Assembly: GCA_965219955.1 (NCBI GenBank)
Contig: OZ244799.1
Span: 480,001 to 544,000, forward strand
Source of the DNA: a bacterium
GTDB lineage: Bacteria > UBA8248
Reading direction: 5' to 3'
Length of the DNA stretch: 64,000 bases
The translations under genes and the position numbers were made by a program. Of this stretch, positions 49,325 to 57,892 are shown in pieces. Below the pieces are notes generated by a model that ran no database searches, was not told where the DNA came from, and worked only from the letters and a program-made list of their open reading frames with translations. Position 1 is the first letter of the stretch; each line of letters begins with the position of its first letter.

Positions 49325-50581
49325 CTAGAAATTGTACGTCACGTTCAGGGCCACGAAGCTGTCCCGCCTCGTGTCGTAGATGATGTCCTCCTCGCCCACG
49401 TCCATGAAAACAATCGATTCCAGCTTCATCGACCACTGGTCCGAGAGGCGCCGTCTCAGTTCGAAGCTCATGGTGCGCGTGGAATGGTCCGCGTCCGCGA
49501 GAACCCCGGCGATGATCTCCGTGCTCTGGGCGTCGTTGAGCCCGAGTCGAACGGCGAAGAAGAGGTCGTTCTGGAACTCGGAGTTCGAACGCTCGCGGCG
49601 CTCGTCGTAATTCCATTCGGCGAGCAGGCCGAGGTCGGCGGCCGAGCCGAAAACGGCGTTGAAGGTGTACTCCCCCCCGATGACGAAAGCGGCGAAATCC
49701 TCTTCCATTCCCAGGAGGTTCCGCGCGCCTTCGCGGTGAATGGCTTCGAGCTTGAGCAGCCAGGCCTCCAGTGTGAGCTGGGCGTCCACGCTGACCTGAA
49801 AGATTGGTTCGTAGCGCTGGCGCAGGCTCAGCGCGCCGCGCTCGTCGAAGTGCGGTGTGACGAACGGCTCCCGGCTGGTGCCGTCGAATACGCTGAGCCC
49901 TAAGTCGAAAGGCCCGAAGCTGTGGCTGTAGCGGGCGGCGAGGTCCACGCGCCACTCCCCGGCTGCGCTTTCGTAGGAGACGTGCTCGTCGTCTATGACG
50001 ATCGCGGAGCGCAGGCGGCCGTGAAGGCCCGGGTAGGTGCGCGCGCGGTGATAAGTGAGGGCGAAGAACTCCAGGATGCCCCACTCCGCCGACCAGGTGA
50101 GGTGGGCCATGGGCTGGCCCAGCTTGCTTTCCTTGTTGGGATGCTCGACGAGGTCGGTCTGATTGATGATGTCGACCAGGTGCTGCGATTCGGTGACGCC
50201 CCAGAACACGCGGTCCACGCCCAGGCGCAGCTCCCATTCCCCGTCGCCGGCCTCACCGAACATGAGAAGATAGGCTTCGCGCAAATCGGCGCGGGTGCGG
50301 CGCGAGTCCGCGCCGTCGTAGCGGAAAAACGGCGCGACCGTGAAACTCCAGTTCCCCCCGCTTTCGAGATGGAGTTTCGGCTCAACGGCCAAACCGCTCA
50401 CGTGCGCGCGCTGGTCGGGATGGGCGTTAAGCTGGGGATACCACCGGCCGTCGACGTCCAGGCTGCCGGAAAACTCGTGCTCGATGCTTTCGGCCCCGTG
50501 GCTGGCACCTGCGATAAGGAAAACGGTCAGGATGGCGACGGCGGCCAGCACCGCGCGGTGAAAAGCGGCGCGCATCGGCAT
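49325..50581 (-). CDS. Outer-membrane beta-barrel (DUF1302-like channel)
   Basis: Signal peptide; DLREAY, VFWGVTES.HLVDIINQTD; C-terminal YNF. Confidence 0.75.
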   Translation of the reverse strand: MPMRAAFHRAVLAAVAILTVFLIAGASHGAESIEHEFSGSLDVDGRWYPQLNAHPDQRAHVSGLAVEPKLHLESGGNWSFTVAPFFRYDGADSRRTRADLREAYLLMFGEAGDGEWELRLGVDRVFWGVTESQHLVDIINQTDLVEHPNKESKLGQPMAHLTWSAEWGILEFFALTYHRARTYPGLHGRLRSAIVIDDEHVSYESAAGEWRVDLAARYSHSFGPFDLGLSVFDGTSREPFVTPHFDERGALSLRQRYEPIFQVSVDAQLTLEAWLLKLEAIHREGARNLLGMEEDFAAFVIGGEYTFNAVFGSAADLGLLAEWNYDERRERSNSEFQNDLFFAVRLGLNDAQSTEIIAGVLADADHSTRTMSFELRRRLSDQWSMKLESIVFMDVGEEDIIYDTRRDSFVALNVTYNF

Positions 50582-51399
50582 CAGCGCACCCGTTTCAGCC
50601 CGGTCCGGGTGAATTCGCTGGCTTTGAGCTTGATGCGGAACTTGTAGTTGTTCCAGCGCAGCACGGTGCTCTTGCCCGTGAGGTGGTTCACCATGTTCAT
50701 CTCTTGCGACTGCCAGTACTTGCCCAGATACTTCTTGTAATTCCCTAAAGTGAGCGTCTTCAGGTGCGAGTTCTTCCGGTCGTAGTACTGCACCTTCCAG
50801 GCGCGGAGCTCGCTCTTGTCCTGCCAGATGATCTGGCGCCTGTAGCCCGAGCGCTTGTTCGTCGGGAAGCGCTCGACGACCGTGCAGGTCAGCTTGCCGC
50901 AGGGCTCGTCGCGCAGGTAGCGGTAGGTGAACTTCTCCACCTCCTGGGTGCCCATGTCCTCATAGGCGAACTCGCTGCCCATGAAGGAGCCGGATTGGTT
51001 CGAGGAGCTGATGCGCTTGACCCGCTTGAGAGCGGGCAGGTAGAGCCACTGGTCGTCGTTTTTCTTCTTGTGGGTGTGGACGAGCAGGGCGGTTCCTCTC
51101 ACGTCGCGCGGACGGTCGAAGACGAACAGGCTCTTGTTGCCGCCTCCGTCCGTCTCGAGCACCTTCACGCGCAGCTGGCGCTTGCTCTCCTGGCCGTGCT
51201 TGTTGCGCAGCACCATGGACTGCTCGGCCGTGAAGTTTCCGAAACCCTTGGCTTTCTCGCGGGTATCGCGCGCGATCTGGAGGCCTTTCTCCTCGGGCGT
51301 CGCGCCCTCTGCGTGAGGCGGCGCAAGCGGATGAACCAGAACGCAGGCGCAGATCGCGAGAAGCGGGAGAGTCGTTCGGACGAGATGAGCGTGCATCAT
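50581..51399 (-). CDS. LolA-like outer-membrane lipoprotein-sorting / lipid carrier protein
   Basis: PRDVRGTALL, DDQWLYLPALKRVKRIS, SFMGSEFAYED. Confidence 0.88.
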   Translation of the reverse strand: MMHAHLVRTTLPLLAICACVLVHPLAPPHAEGATPEEKGLQIARDTREKAKGFGNFTAEQSMVLRNKHGQESKRQLRVKVLETDGGGNKSLFVFDRPRDVRGTALLVHTHKKKNDDQWLYLPALKRVKRISSSNQSGSFMGSEFAYEDMGTQEVEKFTYRYLRDEPCGKLTCTVVERFPTNKRSGYRRQIIWQDKSELRAWKVQYYDRKNSHLKTLTLGNYKKYLGKYWQSQEMNMVNHLTGKSTVLRWNNYKFRIKLKASEFTRTGLKRVR

Positions 51400-51639
51400 T
51401 TTTTCCTCCGGTCGATGGCCATCAGCAGAGTCGGCGGAAGCAGAAAATCAGCCATGAGCGTGATAACAAGTTATCCCGAGCAGGAGACCGAGCGCCCTGT
51501 GATTCGCCGATCCCGACGCGGCGAAAGCCAAGAGACCCGGGGCGAAGACGGTGGTTGTCGCACATAACGCATGACCTATGGTGCGAAAAAAGCAGCGAAC
51601 GGCCTCGGGCGGCGAAAGCGCTTCTTTCCGGGCGTCCTT
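51396..51639 (-). pseudogene. Degenerate 3' remnant of a second MMPL transporter gene
   Basis: SPPEAVRCFFRTIGHAL...LGLLLGIT / ITLMADFLLPPTLLMAIDRRKK* aligns with the C-terminus of 42282-44567; its TGA overlaps the LolA-like ATG. Confidence 0.75.
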
Positions 51640-51814
51640 CGCGATGGCCGGATCGCGTCATTGCAGGAACTTATATGACTGCTCCCGTGAAAATAAAGTG
51701 TATCTGTGTAGAATTGGCCGGTCAACATAAAAGCCCCGACGACCTCGCCTCCCTGTTTCCCGGTCCGGCCGCGCGGATTCGCCGGCGCACCGCACAGGCC
51801 CGTGCAAATCGTCC

Positions 51815-51960
51815 GCCATCACATATTTGCGGCCCTTGTCGATATCACCATCGAAGCGTGCTTGACGCCTTCGGGCGCCGGACCTTAGGGTGGTTCATGG
51901 CTCCTTCTTCGGGCTGGACTGACGCCCGGAGCGCTGAACATGGCGTCGGGACGGCGCCGC
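51815..51960 (+). pseudogene. IS3-family transposase (rve) remnant
   Basis: Fragments ITYL, VLDAFGRRTLGWFMA and ALNMA in different frames. Confidence 0.5.
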
Positions 51961-52019
51961 ATGTTAGAAGGTTTTCATAGTCGGTGAAAATGGTTTGATG
52001 TATCGGAAAGGATAAGAAT

Positions 52020-53108
52020 GTGAAACAGATCGGATTGGGAATCGTGGGTTCGGGACGCATGGGGAGGCTGCGCGCGCACCTGGCGTCCGGCTCGCCTGAG
52101 GTGAAATTTCTGGCGCTCTCGGACAGGGACCCGGAGCGGGCGAAACTCATCGCGGAGGAGACGCAGGCCGATTTCCACACGGGCGATAACGAAGAAGTGC
52201 TCGCGCATCCCGACGTGGACGCGGTGATCGTCTCCACGCCCGAGTTCGATCACGCAGACGCCGTCTGCCGGGCGCTGGAACTCGGAAAGCCCGTGCTGTG
52301 CGAGAAGCCGATCTCCCTCTCTCTGGACGATGCGGACAGGATTCTTGCGGCGTATGAGAAATCGAACACCGAGCTCTTCATCGGCTACACGCAGCGGCAG
52401 AGGCGACGTTTCCTGAACGCCAAGGAGCAGATTCAGCGGGGACGGCTCGGGCACCTGCAGACCGCGCGCGCCACGCTCTATAACGTCACCACCAACGGGG
52501 CGGAGATCTACAAGCGCGCCGCCCATGCCGGCCCCGTCACCGACACGCTCACCTACATGGTGGACATCTGCCTGTGGTATTTCGAGGGCAGAAAGCCCAA
52601 GCGCGTCTACGCCCAGGGGGGCAGCAAGGTGTTCCCGCATCACCCGATGGGCTGCGGGGACTGGGCGTGGGCGATCCTCACCTTCGAGGACGGCGGCACC
52701 GTGAACTTCGGCTGCTCGTGGATACTGCCCGACAACTGGCCGGCGAACATCACCTCCATCGACCTCGAAGTCATGGGCACCGAGGGGGCCATCGCGATAG
52801 ACGATTCGCACAAGAACGCCGTCATGGCGACGAACAAGGGCGTGCCCTCGCCCTACGTGGACGGCATGTCGTCGGACGTCGTGTTCCTCGAATCCATGAT
52901 GGCGGGCGACTGGCTGGTGGGCGATTTCTGGGGGCCGATGCGCGATGAGACGAGGCTTTTTCTCGAAAGAGTGACGATGGGCCGGAGCGTCTCGCTGGCG
53001 CTTCCCCATCACGCGCGCACCGTGCTCGAGGTGACGCTCGCGATCGAGCACAGCGCGAAGGAAAACCGGCCCATCGACTTTCCGCTCACGAACGCCTATT
53101 CCCATTAA
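52020..53108 (+). CDS. Gfo/Idh/MocA-family oxidoreductase (paralogue of 38368-39459)
   Basis: GIVGSGRMG, VLCEKP, GPMRDETRLFLERVT shared with the paralogue. Confidence 0.92.
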   Translation: MKQIGLGIVGSGRMGRLRAHLASGSPEVKFLALSDRDPERAKLIAEETQADFHTGDNEEVLAHPDVDAVIVSTPEFDHADAVCRALELGKPVLCEKPISLSLDDADRILAAYEKSNTELFIGYTQRQRRRFLNAKEQIQRGRLGHLQTARATLYNVTTNGAEIYKRAAHAGPVTDTLTYMVDICLWYFEGRKPKRVYAQGGSKVFPHHPMGCGDWAWAILTFEDGGTVNFGCSWILPDNWPANITSIDLEVMGTEGAIAIDDSHKNAVMATNKGVPSPYVDGMSSDVVFLESMMAGDWLVGDFWGPMRDETRLFLERVTMGRSVSLALPHHARTVLEVTLAIEHSAKENRPIDFPLTNAYSH

Positions 53109-53120
53109 GCCCCATTCGCG

Positions 53121-53492
53121 GTGAATTCCGGGCAGAGCGTTCTGCTTTCGCATCCCCAGTATGAACTCGGGAAATCCGCCTCGGGCGATTGTTTTATCCT
53201 CGCAGGCGATCTCGATGCCGAAGGAGCCGCCCGCGTCCTGGAGACGATGGAAGGCGAGAGCTTGTGCGCAGACCTCACGAGCCTCGATCTGGAAGAGCTT
53301 GAGCTTGTCGACGGCGCCGCCGTCGCAAGGATGGTGGACCTCATCCGTCATCTTCTGAGCGCTTCCAGCCGGGTCGAAGTATCAAAGTCTCCGCAGTCTC
53401 TGGCGCACACGCTCTACCGGGTGGGGATGCTGGAGGGCGATTCGCGGCTGGAACTCATCGACCCCCGTGAGGAAGAGGGTACGACCAATTGA
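53121..53492 (+). CDS. STAS-like domain protein
   Basis: LAGDLD, LDLEELELVDGAAVA, PQSLAHTLYRVG. Confidence 0.55.
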   Translation: MNSGQSVLLSHPQYELGKSASGDCFILAGDLDAEGAARVLETMEGESLCADLTSLDLEELELVDGAAVARMVDLIRHLLSASSRVEVSKSPQSLAHTLYRVGMLEGDSRLELIDPREEEGTTN

Positions 53493-53504
53493 GGCGAGGC
53501 CGAT

Positions 53505-53778
53505 GGGGTTGTTGAAAAATCCCGATGAAGGAGGAATCGTTAAGACCGGGGAGGGAGTGATTTCTCGGTTTGGATTTTGCTCGTCATTCCGGCGAAAGCC
53601 GGAATCCATTTGCGGATGCGAGTGAATACGCGGCGGCGTTTCATTTCCCCGCCGATGCGCGGGAACCCGGGCGAAAGGCAAAAGGCGAAAAAATGGATTC
53701 CGGCTTTCGCCGGAATGACGGTGAACGCTCTCGATTACGGGGCAACAATCCCTTGGAGAGAGCTTTTCAACGGGCCCC
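53505..53778. repeat. MITE-like unit with CGTCATTCCGGCGAAAGCCGGAATCCA inverted-repeat cargo
   Basis: GGGGTTGTTGAAAAA...CTTTTCAACGGGCCCC termini. Confidence 0.75.
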
Positions 53779-53822
53779 GATGCGCGCCCTTAAACCATGA
53801 TTCTTGATTTCTGGAGCCATCC

Positions 53823-54707
53823 ATGAGTCCCGTATCCCCCGATGATCCTTATGAGAGAAAGCGCGTCCGCGTCTTGGGAGCCGAGATGGCGTATGTCGAG
53901 GCAGGCGAAGGCGCGCCCATCGTGCTCCTGCACGGCAACCCGGCCACCTCATATCTCTGGCGGAACGTGATCCCCCATCTCGAAGGCCTGGGGCGGTGTC
54001 TCGCGCCCGACCTCATGAACAGCGGGGCGTCGGAGGACATTCCCGGCGGCGGCTTGCGCTTTCAGGATCACATCCCCTACATGGACGCCTGGTTCGAGGC
54101 AGTCGGAGCGACCAAAGATGCGTTTTTCGTGCTCCACGACTGGGGGGCCGCGCTGGGCTTCAACCGCGTCTCCCGATATCCCGAGCAGGTGGTCGGTCTC
54201 GCCTATATGGAGTCCATGGTGCGCCCGCGCCTCTGGACGGACATGCCCGAGGACAGGGTCGCGCAGTTCCAGACGCTGCGCGGCGAGGCGGGTCTCGCGA
54301 TGGTGATGGAGGATAATTTCTTCGTCGAGACCATGCTGTTCGAGCGGGGAATCGTGCGCGATTTGAGCGAGACGGAAAAGGAGGCCTACCGCGCACCCAC
54401 CCGGGAAACGCAGAAAAGAAGGCAGACCCACCAGTGGGCGTGCGAGATTCCCTTCGAGGGCGAGCCTGCTGACAACTACGAGATCGTGAAGCGCTACAGC
54501 GAATTTCTGCGCACGAGCGGGGATCTTCCCAAACTCTTCATCAACTGCGAGTACGGCCACGCCCTGGCGGGGGCCGCGCGGGCGTTCTGCCGCGAGTGGC
54601 CGAACCAGGAGGAGATCACCATCCCGACGCGCCACTACGGCCAGGAGGACTGTCCCGATGAGATAGGCCGGGCCGTGGCGCGATTCATCCGCAAGTTGCG
54701 AGATTGA
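53823..54707 (+). CDS. Haloalkane dehalogenase (DhaA/LinB subfamily)
   Basis: LHGNPATSYLWRN, HDWG, YMES, NFFVE, HYGQED. Confidence 0.88.
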   Translation: MSPVSPDDPYERKRVRVLGAEMAYVEAGEGAPIVLLHGNPATSYLWRNVIPHLEGLGRCLAPDLMNSGASEDIPGGGLRFQDHIPYMDAWFEAVGATKDAFFVLHDWGAALGFNRVSRYPEQVVGLAYMESMVRPRLWTDMPEDRVAQFQTLRGEAGLAMVMEDNFFVETMLFERGIVRDLSETEKEAYRAPTRETQKRRQTHQWACEIPFEGEPADNYEIVKRYSEFLRTSGDLPKLFINCEYGHALAGAARAFCREWPNQEEITIPTRHYGQEDCPDEIGRAVARFIRKLRD

Positions 54708-54744
54708 GGCGGGGGTATAGCGGCGAGAAAGGAGAATCCGGGCG

Positions 54745-55038
54745 ATGTCCAAGAACACCAAGATTACGGATGCCAAGATCATGTATGCCGTGCTCGTCAT
54801 GCTCAAGAGCAGAGGCCCTCTCAGCGGGAATGAAATAAAAGAGCGCGTGTTGGAGGCGCTTATCACACGCACTGATTATAAAAACGCAGGATATTTGAGG
54901 AGTCGAAAAAAAGAAGGATCGCAAGAACATATATGGGAAATTACCGATAAAGGGATCGAAGCACTTAAAATGGACGATGTCGATTTGTATAAAAAAGCGC
55001 GCATGGAGAGTAAGGCGCAATATGATGCCAAGGAGTGA
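54745..55038 (+). CDS. Small low-GC winged-helix protein, Mrr N-terminal-like
   Basis: AGYL...IWEITDKG motif; no nuclease domain. Confidence 0.45.
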   Translation: MSKNTKITDAKIMYAVLVMLKSRGPLSGNEIKERVLEALITRTDYKNAGYLRSRKKEGSQEHIWEITDKGIEALKMDDVDLYKKARMESKAQYDAKE

Positions 55039-55041
55039 AAT

Positions 55042-55422
55042 ATGCCTATCTACAGATTCGAAGACCTGAAAGACGTGCGGCAGAACCCGGGCCTCTCCTC
55101 GGGCCACGGGGAGAGCATCAAGGGGGAGCGGATGTATTTCTGCCACCGCATCTGGGAGGCGGGCACGGAGGCGAAGCCGCACTACCACGCCTGCGAGCAG
55201 TTCATCTACATCATGCGCGGGCGCCAGAAGTTCACGATGGGCGGCGAGGAGTACGAACTGGGGCCCGGCGACGTCATCCACATACCGGCGAACGAGGTCC
55301 ACGCCGCGGAGATGATCGAGGAAGTCGAGGCCATCTATGTCAAGGACACCACCTGGAGTCTGAAAGGCGTTGCCGCCGGCGAGGCCGCGCCCGACGCGCC
55401 GCCGCCCGATGATCCGTTTTAG
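55042..55422 (+). CDS. Cupin-domain protein
   Basis: PHYHACEQ, GPGDVIHIPANEVH. Confidence 0.88.
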   Translation: MPIYRFEDLKDVRQNPGLSSGHGESIKGERMYFCHRIWEAGTEAKPHYHACEQFIYIMRGRQKFTMGGEEYELGPGDVIHIPANEVHAAEMIEEVEAIYVKDTTWSLKGVAAGEAAPDAPPPDDPF

Positions 55423-55449
55423 GGTGAGGGGATAAGAGGCAAGAAGGTG

Positions 55450-55734
55450 TCAGGCATCTTGCGCCAGGAACTTCGCTCCCGGAATGACTTCCTCGATGGA
55501 TTTGCCGGTGAGTTCCAGGTAGAGGGCGTCCGCGCAAAGCTCAGCATCCTCATCCCAGGCGATGGCCCTGTGGGGAGCAATGCTGACTTTCTCGAAACAG
55601 CCCGGTTTGCTCCAGGCTTTGAATGCGCCGCGTCCGACGAGACCGGAGAGGTCGATCTCGCCTTCCAGGCCATCGGAATACCGAATCCATATCCGGTTTC
55701 CGGGACGTGGTTCCACGCAAACAGGTTGAATCAT
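55450..55734 (-). CDS. DUF2442-domain protein
   Basis: IWIRYSDG.EGEIDL, IAW....ELCADALY. Confidence 0.75.
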   Translation of the reverse strand: MIQPVCVEPRPGNRIWIRYSDGLEGEIDLSGLVGRGAFKAWSKPGCFEKVSIAPHRAIAWDEDAELCADALYLELTGKSIEEVIPGAKFLAQDA

Positions 55735-55974
55735 CGCTGCTCCTCCATGTTTTCTCCATGGAACACGCGCTGCAGAATCAGGACCTGCGTTTCCTTATTC
55801 GATATCGTATTCGAGAAGAAGGCCGTCCACAAGTTCGTTGAACGCCGTATCGAGTCTGTGAAGCCGGCAAATTGTGTGAATATTTGGCGCCCGACGCGTC
55901 GCCTGCTTGATACAAGGTAGATATTTATCGTAGGGACAGGTCGCGACCTGTCCCTACAGGTGATCCCCTCTATA

Positions 55975-56391
55975 TTACACCTTCCCGGAAAGCTCCTCCG
56001 CCTTGGCGTCGAGGTGCGCGATGATGTCCTGAAGATCGTCCGGATAGTGGTGGTCGGCGCCCAGGTCGGGGTCTTCGGCGGGTGATTTCGCCACGAACAT
56101 CACCGCTTTTTCCGTCAGCGTCCTGCCGCCGTGGAGCGTTCCCCGGGGGATGTGGACGATGTCGCCGGGGCCGATGATGCGCTCCTCATCGCCCAGGCGC
56201 ATGTAGCGCTTTCCCTCGATGATATAGATGTATTGCTCCTCGCCCTCGTGCCAGTGGGGTTTGGAACCCGTGCCCCTGCGGTAGGTGACCACGCCCGCCT
56301 TCATGAATTCCCCGGCCAGGGGCTTGTACTCGCCCGGGTTGCCCGTGCGGAGTTGTACGTTCTCGATGGTCTCGGTGCTGTAAAAAGGCAT
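55975..56391 (-). CDS. Cupin-domain protein
   Basis: PHWHEGEEQ, GPGDIVHIPRGTLHG; start MPFY at 56391 after a GGAG RBS. Confidence 0.88.
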   Translation of the reverse strand: MPFYSTETIENVQLRTGNPGEYKPLAGEFMKAGVVTYRRGTGSKPHWHEGEEQYIYIIEGKRYMRLGDEERIIGPGDIVHIPRGTLHGGRTLTEKAVMFVAKSPAEDPDLGADHHYPDDLQDIIAHLDAKAEELSGKV

Positions 56392-56619
56392 GTATGGCTC
56401 TCCTGCAGTGATGAATGGTTGACGTGTGTCGTTCGCTTCATCCGTGGCGAAATGAAAACAGCGCTCTATGAAACTCCCTGAGCGTGATGCGCTGAACGGA
56501 CAATCTCTGAAAAGAACCTGCGAATCATAACCCGATTCCAAGATGGGGATCATCTCGCGTATACTTGCGCCGTCTTCAATCAGAGCGGTTCCACATATCG
56601 ACACTGAAGGAGAGTGCGC

Positions 56620-57798
56620 ATGGTCGTCAACGCGGTACGCAATATCCCGTGGTTCACCTATTTCCCCGATAACTATCGCTGGTCGTTCATCACCTCCATG
56701 GGCCTGATGCGCGTGGCGGGCGGCGGGGCCGACCCGGCGGAGATTTTCGAGGTTTGCAGGAATCTCGATAAAGACGTCGGCAACGACGAACTCTGGTTCG
56801 ATGAGTGGAAGCGCATGGGCGACCGCATACGCGCGATGGGCGTGGCGGCGCAGCGGCGCGGCAAGAACCTGACGGCGGCGGGCCATTTCTGCCGCTCCGC
56901 CACCTATCACCAGATGGCCGATCGCTTCCGCTTTCCCAAGGACAGGGAATCCCAGGGCGTCTACCGCAAATCCATCGACAGCTTCAAGCGCTACGTCAGC
57001 CTGAACGACAGTCCCAGGGCGGAGCTCGTCGAGATTCCCTACGAGGGGGGCAAGTCGCTGCCCGGCTATTTCGTCCACGCGGAGAACACGCGCAAATCGA
57101 GACCCCCCGTGGTCGTGCTCTATTCGGGTTTCGACGGCACGAAAGAATCGCCCATGATCATCTCGGCTGGCGAACTCGCCCGGCGCGGCATGAGCGTGGT
57201 GGTGGTCGACAGCCCCGGCGTGGGCGAGGCCATCCGCTTCCGCAAGATATATCTCAGGCACGACTACGAGGTGGCGGGCTCGGCGGTTCTCGACTGGCTG
57301 GAGAAGCGAAAAGACGTGAACGCGAAGCGCGCCGGCATCATGGCGTCGAGCCTGGGGGGATACTACGCGCCCAGAACCGCGAGCATGGAGCGCCGCTTCA
57401 AGGCCTGTCTCGCCCACGGCGCGATCTGGGACTACCACGCGATATGGAAAAAGCGCATCGAGGCCGCGTTCAGGATTCAGCTCCCCTCGCCGGGGAACCA
57501 CCTGGCGTGGAGCTTCAACGTCAAGACGGCGGAAGAGGGCCTGCAAAAGCTCGAAGGCTTCCGCTTGGACGGCGTGGTGCAGAAGATGAGGTGCCCCTTC
57601 CTGCTGGTGCACGGGGAAGACGATCAGCAAATACCGCTCGCGGACGCGAAATCGCTCTACAAGGCGGCGGGCTCGAAGGACAAGACCATGCGGGTCTACA
57701 AGGGAACCGACGGCGGCTCCCAGCATTGCCACATGGACTACATCGCGCCCGTCGTGGGCTACATGGCGGACTGGATGGCCGAAAAGCTGGGCGCATAG
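56620..57798 (+). CDS. Alpha/beta hydrolase, 2,6-dihydroxypseudooxynicotine hydrolase/FrsA-like
   Basis: VEIPYEG, GFDGTKE, DSPGVGE, ASSLGGYYAPR, HGEDD, QHCH. Confidence 0.85.
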   Translation: MVVNAVRNIPWFTYFPDNYRWSFITSMGLMRVAGGGADPAEIFEVCRNLDKDVGNDELWFDEWKRMGDRIRAMGVAAQRRGKNLTAAGHFCRSATYHQMADRFRFPKDRESQGVYRKSIDSFKRYVSLNDSPRAELVEIPYEGGKSLPGYFVHAENTRKSRPPVVVLYSGFDGTKESPMIISAGELARRGMSVVVVDSPGVGEAIRFRKIYLRHDYEVAGSAVLDWLEKRKDVNAKRAGIMASSLGGYYAPRTASMERRFKACLAHGAIWDYHAIWKKRIEAAFRIQLPSPGNHLAWSFNVKTAEEGLQKLEGFRLDGVVQKMRCPFLLVHGEDDQQIPLADAKSLYKAAGSKDKTMRVYKGTDGGSQHCHMDYIAPVVGYMADWMAEKLGA

Positions 57799-57892
57799 GG
57801 CCAGACAGGAGTTTCATTTGGCGCGACAAAGCCGACCATCCGTGCATATCCGCACGAGTGCAGGCGTTTGACGCGCGCTTGAGGAGTTTCAG

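Noticed and set aside
56392-57732. Apparent 585-aa cupin fusion (55975-57732)
   Set aside because: The extension is antisense to the hydrolase; the cupin has its own RBS and ATG at 56391.
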